A stretch of DNA of 63,554 nt, counting the filler, from Dugesia japonica (taxonomy: Eukaryota), in NCBI GenBank assembly GCA_001938525.1. It is 5 parts of 5 records of this genome, joined end to end, with 100 filler letters (N's around TTAATTAATTAA, not from the genome) between each part and the next. Parts side by side here need not be neighbours in the genome. Positions count along the whole stretch, not along the records: positions 42,994 to 54,555 come from MQRL01636265.1; positions 54,656 to 63,554 come from MQRL01589322.1; 3 more parts are not named here. One strand, written 5' to 3'. A program made the position numbers and the translations under genes. The notes beneath the pieces are model-generated. The model was not told where the DNA came from. It worked only from the letters and a program-made list of their open reading frames with translations, and searched no databases. Each line of letters begins with the position of its first letter. Position 1 is the first letter of the stretch. This document shows, in pieces, positions 52,736 to 63,554 of this stretch.

Positions 52736-53699
52736 TTATTTGTTTGAAAATTCTTCACTTTAAAAAATCACAAATCGATAAATTTTATTAAGCTTTTAAT
52801 TTTTAAATAATTTCTAGGAAATTAATTTTTTCATAAATCTAATTACTTTCTTATAAAATGTACTGGTTAATAAATTTTTATAAAAAACTTTTTTCATGAA
52901 TATTTTCTATTTGTAGACAAAATGATTTTTAATTTAATTAAAGTATACCATGACGTTTTATATGATATTGCGATATCATTCGTCAAAATGTTTAATTTAT
53001 GATGATATTTTTATGAAATTTGTTTTTGGTAGAATTCTTTCCACTATTTAAAAATTTTTGTTTCTGTTTTAATAAGGATTCAATAAATATTGATGGTTTT
53101 AAACAACAAAATGAAACTTAACATTATCCCCAGTCAGCTTATCGAAACAAGCATGTTGGTATAAATTAAACATACCCTCTTTTTACCACAAACCCTGTTA
53201 ACGTCAAAAAAGGAAAGATTTTAATGTGGCAGTGTAAAGAGATTTTACTGTATTTTAGTATTTTCTTTATTTTTAATTTTTCTAAATTTCAACAGTAATT
53301 TTCCAAAAACTTCGATTATTTTAAAAAAAGTCATTAAGGCAATTAATTCATAAAATTTCCGTTATTTTCTATTTTAAATATTAACATTTAGATACAATAA
53401 CGTTTGTCAATTGAAATTTAAATACTGTTGTGTTATTTCAAACATTTGGTATTCTTTTATATTTGGCGAAATATTTTTAATAATGATTATCCATTTTATA
53501 GGTGATTATAAAGTTGTATTGAGCTTTATGTATAATTTAATTGACAATTATTAAATTTTGTTTAAATGTAACAATTAGTAACATGGATTTTCTTTTTGTT
53601 CTTATTATTCGTTTAAATAAAAATCAGCTTAGTTTATAAACTACAGAATGATTGATTTTTATTTTTGTTAATAACATAATAGTTTTCTTTGAAATTATG

Positions 53700-54230
53700 T
53701 ATTTTATTGGTTACAAATGAAAATAATGAATCCAGATCAAACATCAGAACAAATAAAGAACTTTCAAGACAAATAGTTCAAATGAAAAACTTTAATACGA
53801 TATATATCGAGAGAAAAAACCCAAAAAAGCTATAAAATTGAACTTTAAAGAAACGCATTTCTGGAAACGAACTAAAATAACCAACAATTATGTTTCATTA
53901 ACCAGAAAAAGAATTTAGAGGTTTTCAGAGAACTTTTTAGAAAAAATATAAACTATGATAGCAGTCGTGATTGAACAAACACGCGATAATGTCGTTGAAG
54001 TCAAAAATAACTATGAATTAGTTGGAAAGGAAAAACTAGGGGTTAGAATTTCTTATGATGTAGTTATTCAACGTGTACCCCAACCACTGGAACTGAAACC
54101 TGATATCAATTTACTACATGAGAATGCATTGCATATCCGTGGATTTGAATGAGGACAATCTATAAAATATTGTAATTTTAGACAAAAACCTTATGCCATG
54201 TTAACTGACTTTAAACCAATCAACCTCCAA
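53700..54230 (+). mobile_element. Possible L1/Tx1-type LINE ORF1 remnant
   Basis: Decayed coding-like stretch ...YELVGKEKLGVRISYDVVIQRVPQPLEL...; family assignment from recall only. Confidence 0.3.
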
Positions 54231-54555
54231 ACCTTCAAAATTTTTAATATATTATATTAGTATTTATTATTATTATGACTATTATTATACATATTTTTAA
54301 AATTCCAAATTCAATGTAAAAATCAATTTTTAAATTTCTTTTATAAATCCTTTTTATTTTTGCTGTGGGAAATTATGCGGTAGTTAGTAAAAGATAAATC
54401 AGAAAACTGTTTTTCCACACACGTTTTTATTTTACAATTATAAACAATTTCATTTTTAACACTGATTTATAGAAGCCAGTTTAAAAATATCATTTTCAAA
54501 CAATATTTACTTTTTTATTTTAATCCAAATTAGATGTTTTTGGAATAAAATTGAT

Positions 54556-54655
54556 NNNNNNNNNNNNNNNNNNNNNNNNNNNNNNNNNNNNNNNNNNNNT
54601 TAATTAATTAANNNNNNNNNNNNNNNNNNNNNNNNNNNNNNNNNNNNNNNNNNNN
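54556..54655. other. Artificial contig linker
   Basis: 44 N + TTAATTAATTAA + 44 N. Confidence 0.95.
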
Positions 54656-55059
54656 AAATTTTTTAATTTCTTATAAAAAATTATTTTAAAACCTAATACA
54701 GTCAAACTTTGAATTTTTGCAAAATTGAATTTGGACAAGTAAGCTTTATTTTAATTTAGGGTTTATTAGGATATTTATTTAAATTTAAATAATTTGTTTC
54801 AGCTAACTGTCTTGTAATTTTTATTTAAATTTAAATCCCAAATTGAAATGAATCTGATTCAAGCTACGAAGAAATGATAACATAAAATATGATCGACTAT
54901 TCATCATATTTATTTTATTCAATCACATTAAATATTAAAATACATTAATTAATGAAAATTTATTAAGTTTTAAAATTAATCAAACAGTGAAACTTTTAAG
55001 GAAGTAAATTAAAGATGATTAATTAAATAATTACAATTTTAATTTTATCAATTTCAATT

Positions 55060-56530
55060 TTCATATGATGACTTTACAAATTTATGTGTTGACTTGGAAT
55101 TTTAATGTTCTTCAAGAGGAGTTTCTATTATTAAGTACTTATTTTTCGATTTAAATTATCATGGATACAGATTGATGATTTTTAACCATGTTTTTCTTAC
55201 TCAGCGTAAAATTCTCTATTTAATAGATACGTTGATGTTCAAAATTGAATTACCTTTTATTTTTTCAAAATTCAATGGAGGCTCGGTGGATACTCCAATT
55301 ATCCAGGAGAGTAACCCATAATAAGTACTTGTTTTCCTATTTATTTCATCATAGATAAAGTTTGATGATTTTAGGTGATGTTATTCTTAATCAGCGAAAA
55401 ATTCTCTATCGAATAGAAGGTTTAATTATAAATTCTGATATACTTTTTACTTGTATAATTAAAATTTTTGAAATTTTAATTAATTATTAAGAAATAAAAT
55501 ATGTAAAATCTTTTCAAAGTAATTTGATTTGACAACTTTAACCGCATAAATTCTTGATCAGTGAAAAATTTTCTATCGAATAATACATGTGTTATTAAAT
55601 TTGGATGAAATTATAAAAAGAAATTTATTTTATGTCGGTTAGAAATTCTCGGGATTTTTGACTATGTTTTTTAGATTTTCTCTGTCAAAATTAAATTTGC
55701 TGATTTTAATTGATGTTTTTCTTGATCAATGAAAAGTTCTCTCTCGAATGATGTATGTTTCAATACGATTAAAAAAGAAAGCTCCTTAAAAATTATCGAA
55801 AAGTTTTCATGTTAGATAGGATTTGACGATTTTTAATCATGTTTTCCTTACTCAGCGTAAAGTTCTCTATTAAATAGACATGTTGATTGCAAGTTTTGGA
55901 AAAAAAATATTTTTCGAAAATTTTTTTTCTAGCTAGAAATGATCTGAATCGATTAATGTAAAAATCTCGATAAGAAATTTTTTGAAAATTTTTTCAACCA
56001 GATTCCATAAAAAATTTAATTAATTAATGTTAAATATTCTAACAAATTTGACTATTTCCCTCGAATTTTCGTAAAACATTATACCCAAACTGACAAGTTC
56101 GAGGAAATATTTGACCAAATTTCTCAAAATGAACCAAATTCGCAGAGCCCGAGGAAATCATTACCCAAAAATTACCTTAATCCGATCAATATTATCTANA
56201 TTCGACCTTACAGAGCAAATCGTCACATAAAACCAACCAAGATTGCCCAGATTCGGCCTCACAGAGCAAATTATCAACTGAGATTCTCTAAAACCACTCA
56301 AAATTAGACCTGATTCAACCTCATTAAGTAAAAATTCGTCCAAATTCACCTAATACAAAAATTCGACTGAATCGACTTAAAAAAATCACCCGAAATGAGC
56401 CAAATTCAAGCATCCTGAGGAAATTTTTGACAGAATCGATTGAAACCGAGGAAAGATTTTTTCAAAAGTTTGAGTTGTTCTCTCGAATTCCCCTAAAAAA
56501 TATCTAAGAAAAAGTTTTTCCCAACTAAAA
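55060..56530. repeat. Modular degenerate repeat array (foldback/MITE-like)
   Basis: About five diverged units containing TTCTT(A/G)(C/A)TCAG(C/T)G(T/A)AAA(A/G)TTCTCTAT near 55195, 55384, 55551, 55720, 55845, then AAATTCGACC/CGAGGAAA modules; related to 7190-7630. Confidence 0.65.
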
Positions 56531-56654
56531 AGCTTAAAAATATTTTTTCCGAACTAAAATTATTGGAATTAAGTTTCATTACATCATTCATCCTGAGGGA
56601 GCTTCGCACACAAGGTGGTATAGTGCGCTAATATCTATCTTCTGTAAATGTATA

Positions 56655-56850
56655 CATACAACAATTAAGGAACTTCTTACACAAAAAGGAAGTGAAGTCT
56701 TCAAACTCTTTCAACACAAACATATCATTTCACCAGAACATCATCACATAACATGGAAAACACTAAGAAGAAGTAAAATTTCCATATTTATCAAGAAGAA
56801 ACCTGAAGAATTACTAATTAAAGAAAATAGACTTAAAATCCATGTGATTT
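56655..56850 (+). mobile_element. Penelope-like element GIY-YIG endonuclease C-terminal fragment
   Basis: TIKELLTQKGSEVFKLFQHKH...ITWKTL...EELLIKENRLKIH fits the PLE pattern RIKEH...SAVxKH...H...W.IL...LEALxIK...IN; directly followed by the hammerhead repeat. Confidence 0.62.
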
Positions 56851-56857
56851 ATAATTT

Positions 56858-57085
56858 TACAATTGCAATTATTGCGAGAATAATTGTTGGACATAACTAT
56901 TGATCGTTTTTCAGAATTCATTTAAAATAAAAGCTTCGATCAAAATTGGTTTTTTTTGGTTTTTGATAATATTTCTACATTTTTTGACTTTGTCTTCTTC
57001 AGGAACTTATCAAAAGTCAATTCCTGAAGAAGACAAAAACCAAAAAAAAACAAATTTTGATCGAATGTTTTAGTTTAGTGATTTA
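56858..57085. ncRNA. Inverted pair of hammerhead-bearing pseudo-LTRs (copy E: minus-strand motif 56972-57006, truncated plus-strand motif from 57019)
   Basis: TTTGTCTTCTTCAGGAA...TTCCTGAAGAAGACAAA perfect 17-bp inverted repeat, plus outer arms TTCGATCAAAATT / AATTTTGATCGAA. Confidence 0.65.
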
Positions 57086-57188
57086 TAATAATTAAAAAAA
57101 AATAAACCAATTAAAATTCAATAAAATAAAATAAATTTTTATATATATTTTATTTTACAATAAAAAAACTTGAATAAATCAAAAAGTT

Positions 57189-57224
57189 AATTCCTGAAAA
57201 AGACAAAAGTCCGAAATTCGAAAT
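57189..57224 (+). ncRNA. Degenerate hammerhead motif (copy F) in repeat about 57181-57297
   Basis: AATTC-CTGAAAA-A-GAC AAAA GTC-CGAA-AT-TC-GAAAT, followed by the family tail GATCAAAGTTTTAATTTAATGAAATCT. Confidence 0.5.
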
Positions 57225-58264
57225 ACTAAGAAAAACTAGAAAAAAATATTTAAAAAATATTAACATTTCGATCAAAGTTTTAATTTAATGAAATCTCTAT
57301 TAATTATTTATATTAAAATCATAAACAAAAGTCCATAGTATCTGATAACAAAAGTTCGATAATAAATAAAGAATCAATAATGATTTCCGATCATATATGA
57401 GAAATGACGTGAAAACTTCCTTCAGATCAAGCTGCAATTGATACTAAAATAAAATCTTTTATTTTAAGAATAAAAAACCGTCTAAACAACTATTTCAAAA
57501 TCAACAAAATATATGTTGGTGCCTTAAATATACATCGTTTTTTTGCAAGACTGATTTTCCAACAGATTTTTTATTGATCTATTTTACTTATTTTTTTATT
57601 TATTGTATTCATTTTTTTATTGTTTATATACTAAACAAAAATCCTCAACGTAATATTAAATATGTTAAATACTGACAAATTTATTATTTCCGGTTCCTGA
57701 TTGGTCAATAAGTATTATCATAATATCAAACATACTTGATAACACATCTAAACAAAACATTTGTTAATCAATCGATATTAAAAATAAAAATCAATATTTA
57801 CTGCAAAAAACCCTCATTCTCATAATAAGAATCCAGAACAGAAAAATTCTTGATCAAAGCACAAACAGAAGAACTGTAGTTCCGAAAGTTTGACATTTTG
57901 TTTGTAAAATTTGTCTGTGTTTCAAAATTTACGTTTTGTGATACATGTAAAAAAAAGTTGTTTATTTTTTGACAGATTTTTTCAATGAGATTTTCAAAGG
58001 GAACATGAAATAAGTTTTCTGTTTTTGTTTTGAAGATTTAAAATGAAATAGATAACTTAATTAATCATGTGATGTAAAACAATCCAATATTTATCATGTA
58101 GTTATCAGACATGTTATACATCCGGTATCATTTGTGTGTAAGCCTGTTGAGTAGATGAAAGGTTTGTATGTATTTTACTTGAAATATATGTGTTCGAACA
58201 AAATAGAAAAAATAGTTTTTTTTATGAATGATATTTTATGAAAAATGATGTTTTAAATTTATAA

Positions 58265-58265
<1 letters not shown>

Positions 58266-58327
<62 letters not shown>

Positions 58328-58377
58328 NNNNNNNNNNNNNNNNNNNNNNNNNNNNNNNNNNNNNNNNNNNNNNNNNN

Positions 58378-58440
<63 letters not shown>
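58266..58440. repeat. (TTA)n microsatellite with internal N run
   Basis: Direct; accounts for the poly-I/poly-N ORFs. Shorter tracts near 25748-25773 and 39377-39411. Confidence 0.95.
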
Positions 58441-58441
<1 letters not shown>

Positions 58442-60255
58442 AAACAAAATAAATCCACTTTTCTTCGCTTTGTGTGTTTTCAAAATTTTGAAATATATAA
58501 CGATAGCTCATATTTTAAAAAAGATCGAAATTTTGTTTAAAAAACATCGTACCATGACTTAACGAAGTATTCTTTATGTGATTTTAAATATATTAACTAA
58601 TAATTTAAAATAATTTGGCATCAGATAGCTATTTTCTTAAAAATGCCAAACAGCCTTACACATGCCGTGATCTTAATTTTAAATTTTGTCAAGTCAATCG
58701 AATGTTATTTTTTAGGTATACTTTGTATGATATTAAAAGTCTTAATCTGCTTGACTATTTAAACGCGAGAGCATTTATAGGCCCCCTCTATAATTATTTT
58801 CTTCTGGATAATATACAACTACTGGTATATTTTGTAGATTTTTACATTTCTTTGGTGAGTCTCGAATATTTTTGAAACGATTCTGTTATACTCCCAAGAA
58901 ACAAAAATATTGCATAATACAACTCTAGAATTCTCGNNNNNNNNNNNNNNNNNNNNNNNNNNNNNNNNNNNNNNNNNNNNNNNNNNNNNNNNNNNNNNNN
59001 NNNNNNNNNNNNNNNNNNNNNNNNNNNNNNNNNNNNNNNNNATATGATTTACAGCTTTACCAGTTGTTGAAAGAGATTAGAATTTAATGAATTTTTGTGA
59101 TATCATTTTATCAGTAATATTTGTCAAAAAATCATTTTAATTCGTCATACAATATATTGATATTCTAACAGATCTTATAAGTACAAACAAAGATCGATAC
59201 AAGTCTATTTAAGGATATAATTTTTTAAAATTATATTAGATGAACATGTTGACGGCTATTTTATTCATTTATTTTATTATTTTTTTTTCAAAAATAATTA
59301 ACACCATTTAAAATAAAACTTTATTGCGATATTTCATTAAAAGAAAGATTCGATCCAATTTGTTTTAGTATTTGATATAAATTCTAATTTTTTTTTTTTT
59401 TGAAATTTTAAGCAATCATATTGAATATTAGATGGCTATAATAAAAATTCAAAATTTTTTAAAAATTTTTTTGTTAATAAAATTTTTTAAAAATTTTTTT
59501 GCTAATAAAATTTTATGAAATTTTAGCTTATTAAAAGGTATTAATTCTCTTCTTTTACAAAAGAATGAAAAAAATTTAAGCTTATTGAAATTTTAAAATC
59601 TATAAAAAATCAAAAAATTTTCTTTTTTAAATTTTTTTTTTACTTTTATAATAATGATGTTTAATAGATTTAAAATATGTATTGAAATTTTAAAACCTAT
59701 AATAAAAATTCAAAATTTTGTGAAATTTCATTAAAACATGAAAACCTATAAAAAAAACCTTCTTTTTATTTATTTTATTATTTATGATTACTCGGCGCCT
59801 GACAATAATAAATATTTTACGAGATACATAACTTCACATAATAATAAATCATAATTATAGTAACTATAATAATGAAAAAAAANNNNNNNNNNNNNNNNNN
59901 NNNNNNNNNNNNNNNNNNNNNNNNNNNNNNNNNNNNNNNNNNNNNNNNNNNNNNNNNNNNNNNNNNNNNNNNNNNNNNNNNNNNNNNNNNNNNNNNNNNN
60001 NNNNNNNNNNNNNNNNNNNNNNNNNNNNNNNNNNNNNNNNNNNNNNNNNNNNNNNNNAATAATGAAAATTATTATGTTGTTATTATTATATTAAAAATGG
60101 TATTATATTAGATCTTTGAATAAGCTCATTCCGTTGTTTATACAGAAATCAAAGAATAATTTCATATAAAACTAATTATATTTCATCAATGTAATATTGG
60201 CCGTTCTGTTGGATTACTTATCTCTATCTATATAGCTATATAATGCCCAACTCAT

Positions 60256-61130
60256 AAAAAACCCCACTTTTCTGGCCGACGAATTGATTCAAGTGACTTT
60301 TTTTATCTTCCAAGAAGAAAGGGTTTTTATCATGTAAGTAAACAATAGTCGGAGGCCGCATAATCTAGCGAGTACCCTGAATGAATCAAAATATCCCAGG
60401 TCCGTTGCAGAAGTTTCTGTTGGGTGTCCAAAGACAAGTGGGATCTAGCATTATTTTGATGAAACCTGATACTTTTTTTAGTCCACGTTTGGTTTATTGC
60501 TTCCTTTAAATAACTTGAACTATATCTCCAAATCAATAGTTTGGTTTTCAGACAAAGGCTCATAGTAAATGAATTTCTTGAAATTCCACCAAATGCATAA
60601 CATTTTCTTTCTAGGTTGTATACTGGCTTTAGCAACGGTTAATGGAAAATCTCCTGGCTTACACTGTAATCTCTTACGCTTAACATTATTACGTCATATC
60701 TATTTTTTGTTCCCGGTTACCATTTGCTATTCTTTATTATAGAATCGCAAGCAGAAATTTTGTCTGATATTTTTTCTCCGTTAATTCATGCGGCACCCAG
60801 ATATCGGCTTTGGAAGTAATTCCAAAATAACTGAATACTGTTGAATAATTAATATAAATTATTTCTCTAATCTCTTCAGTTGTTCTATGGAGATCCCTTT
60901 CAATTAGCACCAATGTTTTGTTACTTATCTTAATAAATTGTCTTGAACGTGTTTCATCGGTAATATTAAAGGTTTTCTGGAAAAAATCTATGAACCACTT
61001 ACGACACTTAGAATCATCAACATCACTCTCACCGCACACAGAATATATCTTTTTTATTGTTCTGAGAAGGAATTTTGCTCTTCCGCAAATAATAAAGCAT
61101 GATGTGCATAAAATCTTCTTTTCCATTTAA
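60256..61130 (-). mobile_element. Decayed mariner transposase
   Basis: KIYSVCGESDVDDSKCRKWF, DIWVPHELTEK (WVPHEL), FHQNNARSH, HSGYSLDYAASDYCL. Confidence 0.88.
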
Positions 61131-61756
61131 AATTCTACCAAAATTGAAAGGACTCAGTTTTTTTGAAATATTTTTGTTATTGTTGGTTCATGTAAACAAC
61201 ATTAAAATTTTACTTGTGCTATCTTTTAATATTTTAATAAATATTATAATAATGTCAATTAAATAAGATATTTATACAATAACGAGATGAACCTAAACAC
61301 AAACATAATATATTAAGTATTATGAATTTTATAAATTCTTTTACATCGCGGTAGTATAAATGGGTAAAAAGAAAGGGTAAGATTGATTATAGTTGTTATT
61401 CAATTAATATTGCATTGGATTAATCATTGTTAATTTTATGAATGTCAATATGTGGATGTTATGTTTTGGTAGGTATATTTNNNNNNNNNNNNNNNNNNNN
61501 NNNNNNNNNNNNNNNNNNNNNNNNNNNNNNNNNNNNNNNNNNNNNNNNNNNNNNNNNNNNNNNNNNNNNNNNNNNNNNNNNNNNNNNNNNNTAAATACCG
61601 AATTAATAGAAAATATCACATATCGATTTTTTCGTTCGCTAAAAATTTACAGTGGGTAGCATATTCATATTGTTTATGTTTTAAAGCCAAAAATAATTAA
61701 ACTGTTAACGAAATATTTACACATATATATGATTTATTTGAGTGTCTATTCCAGAA

Positions 61757-62775
61757 TGTATCATGGTCAAAGAAAACTGTCCGGTTACCAGTACAAAGAA
61801 AAAAGCTGAAAAAGGAAACCGTAAGACAAAAACAAGCTGATGCGTTTAAAAATTATATCCAGAGTTGTACCAAAACAAATGACGACTCTGAGAATCCAAC
61901 ATCAAAACTGGTTATAAAATAAAATACGGAATCGTCCGGAGACGATGATGACAAACAAATGCACGAAGTTTTTAAAAAAAATTGGAACCAATGTGACACC
62001 AACAGAAGGCGTTCTAGAAACTTTGAGTATAGATTCAGCAATGTTACCAAGAATTTTAGGAGACGCTGAAAGAAGTTTTTTAATTAGCCAATATCCACTT
62101 AAACCATTGCATAATTACACATTTTCTTCCTATGACACTGATCAACATATATTAGGGAAAATTATTATACACGAGTTCTAAGCAATGGAGAGAAAGTATT
62201 ATGAGACTGGTTAGTATACTTTTTTCAACAGAACTTTGTTTACGGCTTCTATTGCAAAATCTTCGGCTGTTAAGTAAACTCTCTTTCAAAGAAGGGTTTT
62301 AAAAGTTGGAAGCACCTCTGTGAAACTTTAAAAGACCATGCAATTTCCAAAAATCATATTCATGCCCTTGAATAATGGCTAGAAATGAATCAAAGGTTAA
62401 AGTGTTGTAAAACTATAGATGCGGCAGCTCAAAGAAGTAATTATGCCGAAAAAAATTATTGGAACGAGGTGTTTCTAAGAATCGTAGCAATTACTAAAAT
62501 GCTTTGTAAAAGTGGTTTGGCTTTTCAAGGTACAAACGACAAGTTGTTTGAGTATAATAACGGTAATTTCTTAAAAATAGTTGAGTTGCTATCTGATTTT
62601 TATCCGATTCTGGAAGAGCACATCCGCAGAGTACTCAAAAAGAAGAGATAAAATCTCACTATTACAGGAAAAATATACAAAACGAGATAATAGATCTGCT
62701 GCACCCAAGTGTAAAGTCACAAATTATTGATGAAATAAAAAAATCCAAATATTTTCCCATAATTTTAGACTGTAC
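61757..62775 (+). pseudogene. ZMYM1-like (TTF zinc finger/DUF4371) hAT transposase, N-terminal half, decayed
   Basis: SNGEKVL*DWLVY, GFKSWKHL...HAISKNHI, YWNEVFLRIV...GLAFQG...[33 protein letters not shown]; truncated after the first catalytic Asp. Confidence 0.88.
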
Positions 62776-63554
62776 AGTACTACTTATTATCACTAAATAA
62801 TGTGTATATAGATTAAATCCCATGTCAAAAATTTCTGGAGATGGTTTTTCCTTTATTCGGTAAGATTTAATGGTTTGAAATGGAAATTAAAAGCTAGGAT
62901 AAATTTTTCTTTTAAGTCTGAATCGGTTTTGGATTGTTTATGATTGCAACGATATTTCATAACAGACCAATTTAACCTTAAAGCATATTTTTTTATTTGA
63001 TTAGCCTAATAAAACATACCGATACAATTCCATAACTTGCCAAGTTTAAATTTTGAGAAACAAACTCATAGCATTACTTATTTTTTACATATTTTTAGAA
63101 AATATGTTTAGTTTCTAATTAATGTTTCTATTAAAATAAAAAAAAAATAATTTGATTTATCAATAAAAAATATCTTAATTAACTATCATTCAAATACTTA
63201 ATTAGTAAAGTAGGGAAATCTCTACTATTTGTCTTCCCTTCTTGGAATATTCTTGAAATTAAAAATTTCAAAGAAAATAAATCAATATAAAAAAACGTTT
63301 TATTAACAAAAATTATTTTTTAACTGTTTTGAAATTTTTTAATGAACAAAATTTGCTAATCATACAAACCTTGATATGCTAGGAAGTTTTAGAACTTGTG
63401 TTGTGACCAATTTTTTGCTTTACCCTATTTTTTTTATCAAGATTAATAAATTCGATATTTTAAACATTTTTTGAATTTTATTCTATTTGTTCTTTTTAAA
63501 AATTTATTCATAATAATAATAATAATTTAATTTTCACCGCTAAAATTATTATTA

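Noticed and set aside
58259-58511. Poly-Ile/poly-Asn ORFs and other ORFs made mostly of X (23028-23368, 35896-36123, 43782-44021, 59872-60111, 61404-61659)
   Set aside because: Artefacts of microsatellites and N runs.

Overview
AT-rich eukaryotic (invertebrate animal) genomic DNA with GT-AG introns, either short (44-60 nt) or kb-long and filled with transposons. The divergent 18S fragment and intron sizes would fit a flatworm-like host, but this is inference only. The window is five contigs joined by artificial 100-nt linkers (44 N + TTAATTAATTAA + 44 N at 11024, 24410, 42894, 54556), so synteny across linkers means nothing. Three partial host genes can be reconstructed by phase-consistent splicing: a CEP350/CCDC187-like centriolar protein (+, contig 1), a SynGAP/DAB2IP/RASAL2-type PH-C2-RasGAP (-, contig 3) and an Ig-domain single-pass membrane protein with an L1CAM/neuroglian-like tail (+, contig 4). 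Most of the rest is decayed hAT, Tc1/mariner, pogo/Tigger, Ty3/gypsy, LINE and Penelope debris, often nested with target-site duplications (TSDs) still visible. Two signals stand out. (1) A 4.4-kb intronic element (45918-50320) with TGTTGGGGT...ACCCCAACA ends and a 4-bp ATAC TSD, no visible integrase or RT, and an antisense cassette of five small, apparently spliced ORFs, two of them paralogues sharing an EHxDETDxxC motif. (2) A dispersed family of minimal type-I hammerhead ribozyme motifs with covarying stem I in four of the five contigs, often as inverted pairs and once beside a Penelope GIY-YIG fragment.
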